Shown piece after piece: positions 25,643 to 40,385 of a stretch of 64,000 bases of DNA (its first letter is position 1; the number at the start of each line of letters is the position of its first letter). A program made the translations under genes and the position numbers. A model generated the notes under the pieces. The model saw nothing but the letters and a program-made list of their open reading frames with translations, was not told where the DNA came from and did not search any database. Source of the stretch: Octopus sinensis (taxonomy: Eukaryota); the NCBI RefSeq assembly GCF_006345805.1, contig NC_043006.1, forward strand, positions 50,592,001 through 50,656,000, read 5' to 3'.

Positions 25643-26403
25643 CTGAAAATGTAGTAAATTGGTTATAACTGAAACAACAATATCCTTCAAATTGGATCAT
25701 ATTTCGAGCGAGTAAAACTGAAGCCAAAAACAGCAGCCAAACGAACATAGGAATGATACAAATGACAACGACAAAGAAAAGCTATAAATCTTATTTTAGG
25801 AATTATAAAGATTTCTAAAGGTTTGCCTGTGTTGTTAAGAAACTCACTTCGCAACCACGTGGTTTCTACTTAAGTTCCACTGCCCCACATCGAGGGCAAT
25901 TGTCTTCTGCTATAGCCTCAGGCTGTGTGTGTATGTGTGTGGGTGCGCGCGTGTAGAACAAACGCAATGCTGGTTTGTTAGAGTGCCCGAAAGCTGTGGT
26001 CCGACAAAACGAGAACGATAGAATAAGTACCACAACAAATTCCCCAAGACGGTGGCCCAGAATAACCGCAGTCCGATGACTGAACCAAGTAAACAATAAG
26101 TGATAATCTATTTAGTTGTGACCACTTCTTCCTGAAAGCTGATATATCCACGAATGAATTCTTCTCCCGCACACACACACACACATACACACACACTCAC
26201 ACGCACACACACACACACACATAAACGAACTCACATATGAAATGAATTTGTTCTAAATGGGTTGACTGAGACAATAACACTTACCACACAACACCAGATA
26301 ATTATCACAAAACACATATAAAAGAATCCTTATAGTTTCTTTATTATCAATGAAAAATATTTTGAAGCAATTACCTGAAAGCTGACAAAACGTTCAAAGT
26401 TAC

Positions 26404-26475
26404 CTCCTGTATAATATCCTTCAAGAAGAGACGATGACGCCACGTTATTCTACGCACATGTGTTCCGTCTCCCAT
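26404..26475 (-). CDS. Candidate first coding exon portion
   Basis: ATG at 26475, MGDGTHVRRITWRHRLFLKDIIQE, donor GAG|GTAACT, possible acceptor at 26520-26521. Confidence 0.3.
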
Positions 26476-26959
26476 TTCAAATCATACGAGGAAGTGTTTT
26501 GTGAGATTTAGGTGAACCTCTATACAAATTCACAATTCTAAGTTCTATACAATTTTACCACATAAATTCTATCAGATAGAAAGTCATTAATTTCACATCA
26601 TTTTACAAGATGGAAAATGACAATGGTGTATGAATGTCTACTTAGCAATGGAAAATAACTGTAATGTGGAACAATTAGCTGAAAAGATGAAGTATTAAAC
26701 GAACTCGAATTTCAGGGGGAGAAAATATAAGATATTTTGATATCGAGGTAATGTGTCCGTCATAAAATAATTGACACAATTGAAATGATACACAATGGTA
26801 TTCTCGAACATCATTTATTTAACGTTGAACATTTTCTAGGCATTTTTCCAAGATGTATTTAATGTATATACAAATATATATATACATATATTTATATATT
26901 TGTGTTCATATATATATATATAAATATATGTATATATATTTATATATATATATATGTGT

Positions 26960-27016
26960 GTGTATATATATGTTCTAAAATAAGTCCAAAGGTAAGCTAC
27001 TATAAATCGGCACAAC

Positions 27017-27020
<4 letters not shown>
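26960..27020. mobile_element. Right-end remnant of the 14901-type mariner
   Basis: AAATAAGTC...GTAAGCTACTATAAATCGGCAC(deletion)AACCCAA then (TA)n; matches about 15410-15466. Confidence 0.75.
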
Positions 27021-27069
<49 letters not shown>

Positions 27070-27175
27070 AATGAATATATATATATATATATAAATGAAT
27101 ATATATATTATATAAATTAATACAATATATATATATATTATATCTATAAATGAATATATATATATATATAACTTA

Positions 27176-27235
<60 letters not shown>

Positions 27236-27341
27236 CATAATATATATATCTATTCTATATAATATATATAGTATATATATATAATGAATATCTATATAAA
27301 TTAATACATATATATATATATGAATATATATATATAAATTA

Positions 27342-27372
<31 letters not shown>

Positions 27373-27405
27373 AATGAATATATATATATATGTATATAAT
27401 GAATA

Positions 27406-27447
<42 letters not shown>

Positions 27448-27467
27448 GAATATATATATAATATAAA

Positions 27468-27504
<37 letters not shown>

Positions 27505-27738
27505 GAATATATATATATATATTATATAAATGAAAAATATTATATATATATAAGATATAAATGATTATATATATATATAACATATATATATATATAAATG
27601 AATATATATATATATATATTATATATATAAATGAATATATATATATAAGATACATATATATATATATAAATGAATATATATTATATATATATAATGAATA
27701 TATATATATAAGATACATATATATATATATATAAATGA

Positions 27739-27772
<34 letters not shown>

Positions 27773-27941
27773 TATATATAAATGAATATATATATTAAGA
27801 TACATTATATATATATATAATATAAATGAATATATATATATAAGATACATATATATATATATATATATATATAAATGAATATATATATATAAGATACATA
27901 TATATATATATATATATATAAATGAATATATATAAGATACA

Positions 27942-27979
<38 letters not shown>

Positions 27980-27996
27980 GAATATATATATATAAG

Positions 27997-28032
<36 letters not shown>

Positions 28033-28070
28033 AATTATATATATATATAAGATACATATATAGGGTAGCG
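27020..28070. repeat. (TA)n-based tract with higher-order words ATAAATGAATAT and AAGATACAT
   Basis: Direct reading. Confidence 0.9.
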
Positions 28071-28291
28071 AATATTTTTAGAAATATCACCACCAGTGGC
28101 CTAGCATGTATAAATAGTCAATCGACAATATATTCTCAATATAATATAGTATACATTTAAGCACAAAAGAAAACTACATTCAACAGGTAATTTTTACACG
28201 CTAGAAAACGCATTCAAATCGACCAAAACCACAATTAATAGCAATTTTCGAAGGGAATGAAAAATAAAAACTTCTGCCTTGTTATTTTTTG

Positions 28292-28362
28292 CGGTTATAC
28301 CTAGGTTTTAAGTTTCTTTAGCAAATAAAATAATTTGCTAGGCGAATTCTCATCAGTAACCG
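28292..28362 (-). ncRNA. Type I hammerhead motif with an unpaired base of stem II
   Basis: CGGTTA-CTGATGA-gaattcgcc TAGCAAAT(tatttt)ATTTGCTA aa-GAAA-CTTA(aaacc)TAGG-TA-TAACCG. Confidence 0.65.
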
Positions 28363-28885
28363 TGCCTTAACAACTAACTTATAATTCAGAGACAAATGAC
28401 ACGTGTCTCATCACTATATGTTATATTTTTAATGATGAGGCGCGTTGCTGTTTCTGTTGTTGATCGTAGTGGAGATTTGGTTACTTGTTCTAGCAGGTCC
28501 ATGCTTTCTCGTTCTTAATACCTATGTAACTTCCAAAGGTATTATGGATATGGATATATTTATTGTTGCTATTGTTTAAGCCCAAATCAACCCTGACTGA
28601 GTTTCATCCTTATATTGTACAGAGTCGTTGTTGTAAATGCAGCTGTTAGAATTCTGCAGTTCTCTTTGTTCCAATATTATATGTTATCACTATTACTGTT
28701 GATGAAGTTCATGTTTGAGTTGCTGTTCTGTCTATTTATATTCATTTAAGGACTTCCCTTTGCACACGTGTCTGTACGTATGTGTGTTTCTATAACTATC
28801 TATCTATCTATCAATCTATCTAGCTATCTATCTTCCATCCGTCGCTCTCTCTCTCTCTCTCTCTCACTATATATATATCCCTCCC

Positions 28886-28916
<31 letters not shown>

Positions 28917-28917
28917 T

Positions 28918-29079
28918 AGGTGCAGGCGTGTCTGTGTGGTAAGAAGCTTGATTCCCAACCATGTGGTTCTGGGTTCAGTCCCACTGCGTGGCACGTTGGC
29001 CAAGCGTCTTCTACTATAGCCTCGGGTTGACCAAAACCTTATGAGAGGATTTGGTACGCAGAAACTGAAAGAAGCCCGT

Positions 29080-29133
<54 letters not shown>

Positions 29134-29395
29134 AGACATATATATGTGTATGTATATGTGTGTAATTTTGTGTGTATGTGTATGTGTGTGTTTGTCCTCC
29201 CACCATCGCTTGGCAATCGGATTTGGTTTATTTGAGTCCCCCGTAACTTAGCAGTTCGGCAAAAGAGATCGAAAGAATAAGTACTAGGTTTACGAAGAAT
29301 AAGACCTAGGGTCGATTTCAACTAAAACTCTTGAAGGCACTACTCCAGCATGGCCGCAGTCAACACCTGACTGAATCAAGTAAAAGAATAAAAGA
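28918..29395 (+). mobile_element. Family B SINE
   Basis: Homologous to 23358-23778. Confidence 0.9.
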
Positions 29396-29409
29396 ATATA
29401 TACCAAAGG

Positions 29410-29452
<43 letters not shown>

Positions 29453-29474
29453 CACACGCACACGCACACACACA

Positions 29475-29620
29475 TGTAGGAGTGGCTGTGTGGTAAGTAG
29501 CTTGCTTATGAACCACATGGTTCTGGGCTCAGTCCCACTGCGTGACACCGTGGGCAAGTGTCAATAGCATTGTGAGTAGATTTGGTAGACGGAAACTGAA
29601 AGAAGCCCGTTGTATATATG

Positions 29621-29654
<34 letters not shown>

Positions 29655-29850
29655 GTGTGTGTGTGTGTGTGTGTGTGTATGTTTGTGTGTCTGTGTTTGT
29701 CACCCCCAACATCAACTTAGCATTTCTGTCAAAAGAGAGCGAATAGAATAAGTACTAGGCTTACAAAGAATAAGTCCTGGGGTCAATTTGCTCGACTAAA
29801 GGCGGTGCTCCAGCATGGCCACAGTCACATGACTGAAACAAGTAAAAGTA
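29475..29850 (+). mobile_element. Family B SINE, internally deleted
   Basis: Head and tail homologous to 23358-23778. Confidence 0.9.
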
Positions 29851-29854
29851 TAAA

Positions 29855-29901
<47 letters not shown>

Positions 29902-29929
29902 CAATTATATACACACAAACGCACGCATA

Positions 29930-30720
29930 TGTTATTGTTGTTTTTGCTGTTGCTGTTGTTGTTGTGGTTGTTATTGTTGTTGCACGTGGTTGTGGCTGCT
30001 GCTGTTGTTGTCATCTTTGATTCTGTCATTGTCAGTGATGAAGTAGTCGCAGTTATTAATGGCGTTACTGCCTTTGTTATTCCTTCTGGAACTACTTCCA
30101 CCATTACTCCTGTAGCTGCTATTGTTGCGTTTATCGTCCTCTTTTGTTATTGTTGTCACTGATATTGATCTTGTTGTTGCCGTCGTTGTCTTATTGTTAG
30201 TTTCTACAGTTGCTGTCTCTTTCGTAGTTGTGGCTATAAACGCAATTGCTGTTCTTGCGTAGCTCAAATTGTGCCCACTGCTGCTACTACAATGGCAGCA
30301 ACGGTGGCAGAGAAGAAAGGACGAGGAAGACAAGGGTGAGGAGGAGCAAGTTGAAGCGAAATTAGAAGAGGAAGACAAAGGTGAGAAGAAATGGGTGACA
30401 AACAACATAAAGCAACAAATAAAAAATATATATATATATATAAAAAGAAATGAAGAAGAAGATAAAGAAGAAGAAGAAGAAGAAGAAGAAGAAGATGATA
30501 AAGAAGAAGAAGAAGAAGAGGAAGAAGAAGAAGAAGATGATAAGAAGAAGAAGAAGAAGAAGAAGAAGATGATGATAAAGAAGAAGAAGATGATGATAAA
30601 GAAGAAGATGATGATGAAGAAGAAGAAGTTGATGATAAAGAAGAAGAAGAAGATGATAAAGAAGAAGAAGAAGAGATAACAACCAGCCTTCACAAGACGA
30701 AGAAAACAAGAGAAGACGAA
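29930..30720. repeat. Trinucleotide low-complexity block, (GTT/GCT)n then (GAA/GAT)n
   Basis: Direct reading; gives poly-E/K/S/F pseudo-ORFs on both strands. Confidence 0.9.
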
Positions 30721-30774
30721 GAAAACGGAGGAGACAAGAAAAGAGAGAACACAGTTAAGATTATGTATCTTTAA

Positions 30775-32115
30775 TACTGGTTTCAAATTTTGGCACAGGG
30801 TCGGTGATTTCGGAGGAGGGGTAAGTAGATTACAACCACGCCAGTCCTCAACTGGTACTTATTTTATCGACTCCGAAAGGAGAAAATACAAAGTTGACCC
30901 CCGGTGGCGTTTGAACTCAGAACGTAAAGACGACTGAAATGTCGCGAAGCATTTTGCCCGGCGTGCTAACGGTAGTGCCAGCTTGCCACTTTATAAAGCT
31001 CTTTAACAATAGGCGGCAAGCTGGCAGAAACGTTAGCACGCCGGGCGAAATGCTTAGCAGTATTTCGTCTGCCGCTACGTTCTGAGTTCAAATTCCGCTG
31101 AGGTCGACTTTGCCTTTCATCCTTTCGGGGTCGATTAAATAAGTACCAGTTGCGTACTGGGGTCAATATAATCGACCATCCCCCTCCCCAAAAATTTGTG
31201 CTTAGAGTAGAAAAGAACATTAGGTAGCGTGCAGGCAAAATCGTTAGCTCGTCGGATCAAATACTTGGTGACTTTTCTTTCGTCTTCACGTTCTGAGTTC
31301 AAATGCTGCCGGTGCCAACTTTACCTTTCATCCTTTCGAAATCGATAAAAAATATAACACTAGAGCAATGTGGTCGATATAAATGACTTATCCACTTCCC
31401 CAAAATTGCTGGCTGTGTACAAAAATTTGAAACCAATATTTGTACAATTTACTATAAAAAAAAAACAATGATTAGGGCTTGCAAATGGCGAACAACAAAC
31501 AATAGTAAACTTGTACGTCAAATGTAGGGGCACTGAGGAATATTAAAGGGATTTTGCAATAAGAAATTTGAAAACAATTATCAAGTGGCCAGACACCCGA
31601 AATTTAAAAGTATCGGGGCAGAAAAAAAGGAAAGATAAGAAAAGGGATGTGCTAGAAAGAGAAAAGATCCTAGATGGAGCACACGATAATATTTATCTGT
31701 TATAGTGAGTCAGTGTCGGAAGCACTGAAAAATCTTGTAAGGTTCATTAGCTCTGATCGCAGTCATACATTCGCGCACACGTGTTTGCCCACCACGACCA
31801 CCACCACTTGGTACCTGGTGCTGGTTTATTTACATCCCTCGTAACTTATTAAAGATACTGACAACAAAAATACTAGACTTTAACAGAATAAGTATATCCT
31901 CAAGAAAGGCGGTGACTTGAAAGAATGGTTAGTGCGCCGAACCAAATGCTTAGCGGCATTTTGTCCGTCTTCACGCTCTCAGTTCAAATTCCGCCCAGAT
32001 CGACTTTGCCTTTCATCCTTTCAGGGTCGATAGAATAAGTGCCAGTTGAATATTAGGGTCGATGTCATCAATTTACCCTTCTCAGAAATTGCTGGCCTGA
32101 CAAAATATGAAACCA
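30775..32115. mobile_element. Cluster of four family A SINEs (about 30775-30990 minus; 31013-31215, 31225-31440 and 31905-32115 plus)
   Basis: Repeated GTTCTGAGTTCAAATTCCGC...GACTTTGCCTTTCATCCTTTCG core. Confidence 0.85.
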
Positions 32116-33049
32116 ACATATATCCTCAAGATGAAGATATATATATCTCAGTTCACTTTTTCCTGATGTCATCATTAGAGACTTCAATCCCTTTCTCCTT
32201 CAGACGCTCTTAAACATCCGTCATCGACATTACCGGTGGAGAAATGGAGTATTTTGCAATCGTCGACTTGTCTCATTCCCTACATCTATCCTAGATTAGC
32301 AATCAAATTCTTCAAATACCCGGCAGCGTTTATCCAGCCACCCAAATTTTGCCAGACAAGTATCCGAAAAAAGAAAAAAAGAAGAAAAACTTCGCACAAT
32401 ATACAGCCCTTAAGCTTTCCTGCTTTTCAAATTCCAGTCGATTCTTTAAGTTTCTTACCAAAAAGATATCCACACATTTTGCATATCTCGGTGATCCCGC
32501 GAAAAAAAAAGCTTCTTTCATTGGCTGCTGCCACATCCAGCCTGCACACATTTGGCAACCTGCGTGAATTATTCGTTTATATTGATCTAATGTTTGTGTT
32601 ACATATTAGCTCCCTCTCTCCGTTAAATCAGCGTTGCCTGAACAGGTGCACTGTGTGCCACACGTTAGGTGTCGAAGTGATCGCAGAGCACACTGTCCAC
32701 GAACTGAAACCACTATCTCGTGATCATGAATGTAGCATTTTAATCACTAGGTCATACTCACTTATAAATATGGCCCGTAACAAATAAACACAGAAAGATT
32801 AATGCACAGACTCAATCAATTACTTAAAATCCGACATCAAATGATTGCAGATGTAATCCGGGTAAACAAGAGCTGGCTAAATGAAACACACCGTTTGAGC
32901 TAATGAAAGTACAATAAAAGAAAATATGGACAGGCGGTTGCTAATGGCATCAAAGCATTAATATATTAGTTATACGGACGTGAACTTAATTATAAATGCT
33001 TTGGTGCTATTAGCAACCACCTATCCATCTTTTATTCTATTGTAATATA

Positions 33050-34343
33050 TCAGTCTGAGTAAAAAATAAGCAACATTTTGAATCAAGAAGAATTTGTACC
33101 GGATTTTTGCAGAATTTTGATTTTTTTAATAATTTTCTTTTTTTTTTTTTTGCAATTGTCTAATAATAGAGACACAGACTTGCCCAAATGCATCAATAAA
33201 TTAACATTGATATTTTTTCACCATTGTAACAATCATCTGAAACGGAACTGTCAAGGTGCGATATTCGAACAATTTAGCTTTTCAACTTTAAAAAAGGACG
33301 TAGAGCAGCTGAAACTACTCGCGATATCAACGAAACGTTTGGTGAGGGGCTGACCAGTGAGTAGTCAGCTCGAAAATGGTTTAAACAATTTTGCAGTGGA
33401 GCCATGAGCCCTGAAGATCGCGAGCGTAGTGGACGCCTATCTGTTATCGATGACGGCCAATTAAAGAACATCATTGAGAAAGATCCACATTAAAACCACT
33501 CGAGAACTCTCAAAAGAACTTTAAGTTAACCAGAAAACTGCCTCTGCAACCATTTGCATGCGATCGGAAAATCAAAAGAGCTCGTCAAAAGGGTACCACA
33601 CGATTTGAATGAAAATCAGAAAATGAGCAGATATGAAATTTGTTCGTCGCTTCTTTACCGTAACCAGACCGATCCATTTCTCGACCGTATTATAACTTGC
33701 GATGAACAGTGGATTCTGTACAATCATAAAAACGTTCTTCGTAGTCGTTGGACCAAAAGGAAGTACTGAAAACTTTCCCTGAACCCGATCTCTTCAAAAA
33801 GAAGGTTATCGAGACTGTTTGGTGGTGTACTGTTAGACTCATCCACTATATCTTGTTAAAACCCGGAAAAATCGTTACTGCAGAAATATATTGCCATGAA
33901 ATTGCCAAAATGAACGAAAAACTGCTACTCCTTCATCCCAGACTGGTCAACAGAAGGGAGCCGATCATTGTTCATGACAATGCTCGACCATACGTTTTAC
34001 TAATGACGCTCCAGAAGTTGAAAGAACTTGGCTACGAATTTCTTTCCCACTCAGAATATTGCCCAGACCTTACCCCTACCGACTACCACTTTTTCAAGCA
34101 ACTTGATGGTTTCCTGCGAGAGAAAGAGTTCAAAACTCAAACCGATGCTGAAAGTGCGTTCAAAGAGTTCATCAACTCCAGAACTCCAGATTCTTATGTT
34201 AGCAGAATAAACAATCTTGTAACTCGTAGGCTAAAATGTGTTGATTGTAATGGTGCTTACTTTGATAAATAAAATTTCCGCATTGTTGAAATATATTGTG
34301 ATGAATTTTATGTTTTAAAACGTTGCTTACTTTTTACTCAGTT

Positions 34344-34346
<3 letters not shown>
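33050..34346 (+). mobile_element. Full-length (1297 bp) mariner transposon with an inactivated transposase
   Basis: TIRs TCAGTCTGAGTAAAAAATAAGCAAC and GTTGCTTACTTTTTACTCAGTTTGA (22/25), TA on both sides; HTH region, ITCDEQW, HDNARP and YCPDLTPTDYHFF motifs; stops and frameshifts. Confidence 0.95.
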
Positions 34347-34382
<36 letters not shown>

Positions 34383-34385
<3 letters not shown>

Positions 34386-35116
34386 CAACAATTGAGGGCA
34401 AAATTAATTAATTATTAATCAATTTCACCAAGTGTTCAGTATGCAAAGGGACCATTCAAGGCGAATTCAAATTATTACATTATATAAAAGGGCTTAGTAA
34501 AATAAATTACTTTGCCGCATACTGAACTCATTAGAAATAGCAGCTAAAAAACTTTTTTAAAGCTATTTCTAATACTTAAAGAAAATCTCTCTCATATATA
34601 GTGTTTGCTTAATTCAACTCACAAAAGTTTGGGGGTAAGGACATCGAAAAATCAAATTTTGCCCTCAATTGTTGAAATTATAATTAATCTCCCTCTGATT
34701 AATGCTTCGGATTTTACCGAAATAAGCATAGTGTTTGATGATTTTAACCCACGCTGGTGGAAAGGGGAGAACAGAGATTCTTCGCTTGCTTATTTGAATT
34801 TGTTGGCACTGTTAGTTACGAGCAGATCTTCGAAAGGGTATGTTCTTATTTTCAGTGTTTCCAAATCCAAACCAAGGAATTTCTGAGCTGATGATAGAAG
34901 TGTTGTTTTGACTAATCTTGAAACGTACGTTCTCAAATAACCTTAGCATTTGATTTTTCGATGTCCTTACCCCCAAACTTTTGTGAGTTGAATTAAGCAA
35001 ACACTATATATGAGAGAGATTTTCTTTAAGTATTAGAAATAGCTTTAAAAAAGTTTTTTAGCTGCTATTTCTAATGAGTTCAGTATGCGGCAAAGTAATT
35101 TATTTTACTAAGCCTT

Positions 35117-35125
<9 letters not shown>
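34383..35125 (+). mobile_element. HHR-bearing PLE terminal-repeat or retrozyme-like insertion with a 5' inversion
   Basis: 34383-34657 is inverted relative to 34658-35125, with near-identical arms of about 175 bp; same family as 40381-41305. Confidence 0.75.
34884..34935 (+). ncRNA. Type I hammerhead motif, GUU site, imperfect stem II
   Basis: TGAG-CTGATGA-tagaagtgttgttttgactaatctt-GAAA-CGTACG-TT-CTCA. Confidence 0.7.
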
Positions 35126-36439
<1,314 letters not shown>

Positions 36440-36440
<1 letters not shown>

Positions 36441-36976
36441 GAATCAAGGCTAAAGGAAGCCCTGTCCAGAGAAAGCAGAGGGACCCCAGCAAAAACTGTA
36501 AGGGCAGGGAAAGAAACACCTGCAAATTCTACCTGAGGGGGGACTGCTGGTACGGCGTTGAAGGTGCAAACTGTCGGTTTGCACATCGGAGGCCCTACCA
36601 AAACCGCACGGATGCGAGACAGAGGTCCCTCCCTCAGGGAGAACAAAAACAAAAACAAAAACAAAAAGTTAAAAGAAGGGAAAAAAGCGCACTGACCACT
36701 ACTGAAATACGGTATGCAGATGTGGTGCGCGGAAACCCAACAGGCGGCCAGCTTCACCCAGATGTGAGAAGGGCGGCAGCTGAACAGCAGTCTTTTTTGT
36801 GCATGGCACAAAAAATTGTTCAGCAGCTGACCTGGCTACAAGCACAAAGCTGGAACTACCACCACATAAGGCCACCTCCAACAGATGCAGGATGGCCACC
36901 ACAGACACCAACACCACACACACACCACAAAAATATTTCTACTGAATGTAGGAGGGCTGCTGCGCGGAAACTGTAA
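36440..36976 (+). CDS. LINE ORF1 C-terminal part with a CCCH zinc finger
   Basis: [22 protein letters not shown] (C-x7-C-x8-C-x3-H); frame overlaps the start of ORF2. Confidence 0.7.
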
Positions 36977-39836
36977 AAAGAAAATTTCATTCCTGAGAGA
37001 CCTTGTGACATGCAATCAAGCTATATGCATGGCACTCACAGAAACGCATCTTGAACCCGATATAGGTGATGCAGAAATACACATGCCGCAATATGCAGTC
37101 ATACGCACAGATAGAAAAGGGAGGAGCCATGGTGGAGTTGCAATGTACATCCGAGATGACCTCACGCCCCAGGACCTGCTGTCATATTCAAACTCAGTAT
37201 GTGAAACTCAAATTGTACACATAAGACAACTGAATATCGTCATATGCACTACATATCGCCCACCAGATGCCCCAAAACACTCAGTGTATTCTTCATGGGT
37301 GACTTTAACCTCCCCAATGTGGAATGGCCTGGGGGGCAGATGCTCCCAGGGATGACACACCATCAGCAGGCACAGGTGGAGTCCCTGCTCCATCTCACAA
37401 ATGCCTCTTTCATGGAGCAAATAGTTCTGCAACCAACAAGGGCAGATAATATACTGGATCTCTGCTTCACAAACAATATGGATATTATCCATAATGTTAA
37501 TGTGATGCCGACAATGATCTCGGATCACAACATAATAGAGCTGTCTATGTATGGAACAAAAGCCCCCGCAGACACACAGCCTATACGAAGCACCCACCAT
37601 CTCTCCAACTTAAACTTTCATAAAGCCAACTGGAAGTCGATTGAGAAAGAGATCCTCAAACAGGATTGGCCTGAATGTCTCTCCACACCGGACATAACAT
37701 GAAACACAAACACTTCATGTCCATAATACAATCCATATGTGACAAATATGTCCCAATGTGCAGGGCCAGCACACACAAGAACAAAAACAGGATCCCTAGA
37801 GAAAGGAGGATTCTTATGAGACGACGGACAAGGATTGCAAACCTCCTGAGCAAGCACACCAAAAGTGGTGAGAAGTCTCGGCTCGAAAGAATGCTAATGG
37901 AAACTGAGAAAAGTCTACATCAGTCCCATGAAAAGGAGAGAGCAGATAAAGATCTTGGGTAATAGAAAATATAAAATCAAACCCTAAAGCTTTCTTTAAG
38001 TTTCCAAAGAGACAGCCACAGTGCACCAGAGAATAGGACCTCTCTTCCAAAAAGATGGCTCTCTCACAGGAATCCCACGAGGATAAGTGAAATACTGAAC
38101 GAACAGTTCCAAAGTGTGTTCACTACACTCTAGGACACAGGCAAGTAAACAACCCAGAAGAATTCTTTGCCACTTTACCAGCGGCCAAAGAGACACAAAT
38201 TGAGTACATCAACATCGAAGAAGATGATATCACACTAGCCATTGATGAGATTGACACAAACTCAGCTGCTGGACCTGATGGATTCCCAGCGATCCTTCTC
38301 AAATCGTGCAAACGAGCCCTTGCAAAACCGCTACAAGCTTCTTTTTCAGAGCTTTCTTGCAACTGGTAAGCTCCCAGTCAAACTGAAAGAGGGGGTAATA
38401 TGCCCTATCCATAAGGGAGGTAGCAGAGCAGATGCTAAAATTATAGGCCTATCTCTCTGACCTCACACATCAGCAAAGTCATGGAACGAATAGTGCGTAA
38501 GAAACTAATCATGTTCCTTGAAGAAAATGACTTACTGTCTGACACCCAGCATGGATTTCGACCAGGTAGAGGCTGCCTAACACAGCTCCTGCAACACTAT
38601 GACTGGGTGTTGAAACAGCTACTAAATGGCTCAAATGTGGATGTAATATATCTTGACTTTGCAAAAGCCTTTGATAAAGTCGACCATGGTATGATCTGTC
38701 ACAAACTGCGTGGTCTCGGCATAGGCGGGAAACTTGGAGAGTGGCTGCACAACTTCCTAAAAGACAGAAAACAGGCAGTTTGAGCAATGGAGCCACCTCC
38801 AGGGAAACGCAAATAACAAGCGGTGTCCCACAGGGCACTGTCTTGGGGCCACTGATATTCATAGTGGCCCTTTCAGACATGCCTTCAGTTGCTACGATGA
38901 CCACCCTTGCTAGCTATGCAGATGACACAAAAGTCTCCCACGCAATACAAAACCCTGAAAATATTGCGCATCTGCAACATGAGCTGGACACAATATACAG
39001 GTGGGCTGAGGACAAACAACATGCAGTTTAATGCAGGTAAGTTCCAGGCCCTGCGCTACTGGCACACAAAGGTAAATGACGTGAAGACTGGATACACTGG
39101 CCCAGGAAGAATTGCAATCCCTGAGTCAAAATCAGTGCGTGACCTGGGCATTGACATGAGCAATGATGCATCTTTCCAAATGCATATTGCTAATCTGGCG
39201 ATAAAATGCAGACGGCTAGCTGGATGGATTCTCCGAACTTTCAGAACAAGAGAGAAGGAGACACTGATGGTCCTATGGAAAACATTTGTCCTCAGCCGCT
39301 TGGACTACTGCTCCCAACTTTGGTCACCACACAATATAAAACAAACAGCAGAACTCGAAGCAACTCAGAGAAGCTACACAAAGAAAATCGTCTCAATGCA
39401 AAATGTCAGCTACTGGGAAAGACTGAAGGTATTAAACCTCTTCTCCCTGGAGCGGAGGCGGGAGAGATATGCAGTGATATACATCTGGAAAATCCTGGAG
39501 GGTCTTGTCCCAAACTTTGGCATTCAAAGTTACTCCACCACCGCAGAACGGGCGCGCCGCTGCGTGGTGCCAAGGATTCCAACATCACCATCAAAATACA
39601 GGTCCAGATACTGCAACAGCTTGGGTTTCAGAGGACCAAAGCTCTTTAACATCCTCCCTAAATGCCTGAGAGACTTACATGGTGTGGATGTGGGTTTCTT
39701 TAAAACTAAACTGGATCTCTTCTTGTTGGGAGTCCCAGATGAACCTACCTCACGACAGGAGACACGGATGCGGGCAGCAGCATCGAACTCCCTTGTTGAT
39801 CAAGTGCCACGTATCAGAGGTGGATTCACAAACTAG
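36885..39836 (+). pseudogene. LINE ORF2 (APE-RT) broken by frameshifts
   Basis: Consecutive ORF-track pieces from 36885 to 39836 form one colinear EN-RT protein. Confidence 0.9.
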
Positions 39837-39914
39837 TGTAGCTCATTCAGCGGTGGTGCCCCAGCATGGCCGCGGCCTTCGGGCTAAAACATTTTAAAGG
39901 ATTTTTTAAGGATT

Positions 39915-40177
39915 TATATATATATATACATACATATATACATATATATGTGTACATACATATATACATATGTATATGTATGCATACATATGTACATGTA
40001 TATATGTATACATACGTATATACATATATATATATATACATACATATATACATACATATATATATACATACATACATATATATATATATACATACATATT
40101 ATATATATACATACATATATATATATACATACATATATATATATACATACATATATATATATATCATATATATATAC

Positions 40178-40209
<32 letters not shown>

Positions 40210-40222
40210 GTACATATATATG

Positions 40223-40254
<32 letters not shown>

Positions 40255-40309
40255 CATATATACATATATATACATATATATATATACATATATATATATA
40301 TATCATATA

Positions 40310-40341
<32 letters not shown>

Positions 40342-40385
40342 CATATATATATATACATATATATATAACATATATATATATACAA
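39915..40385. repeat. (TA)n/(CATA)n tract
   Basis: Direct reading. Confidence 0.95.

Noticed and set aside
39852-39890. HDV-like ribozyme in the LINE/SINE 3' tail
   Set aside because: It shares short words but I could not build the nested double pseudoknot. A simple stem-loop explains the covariation.
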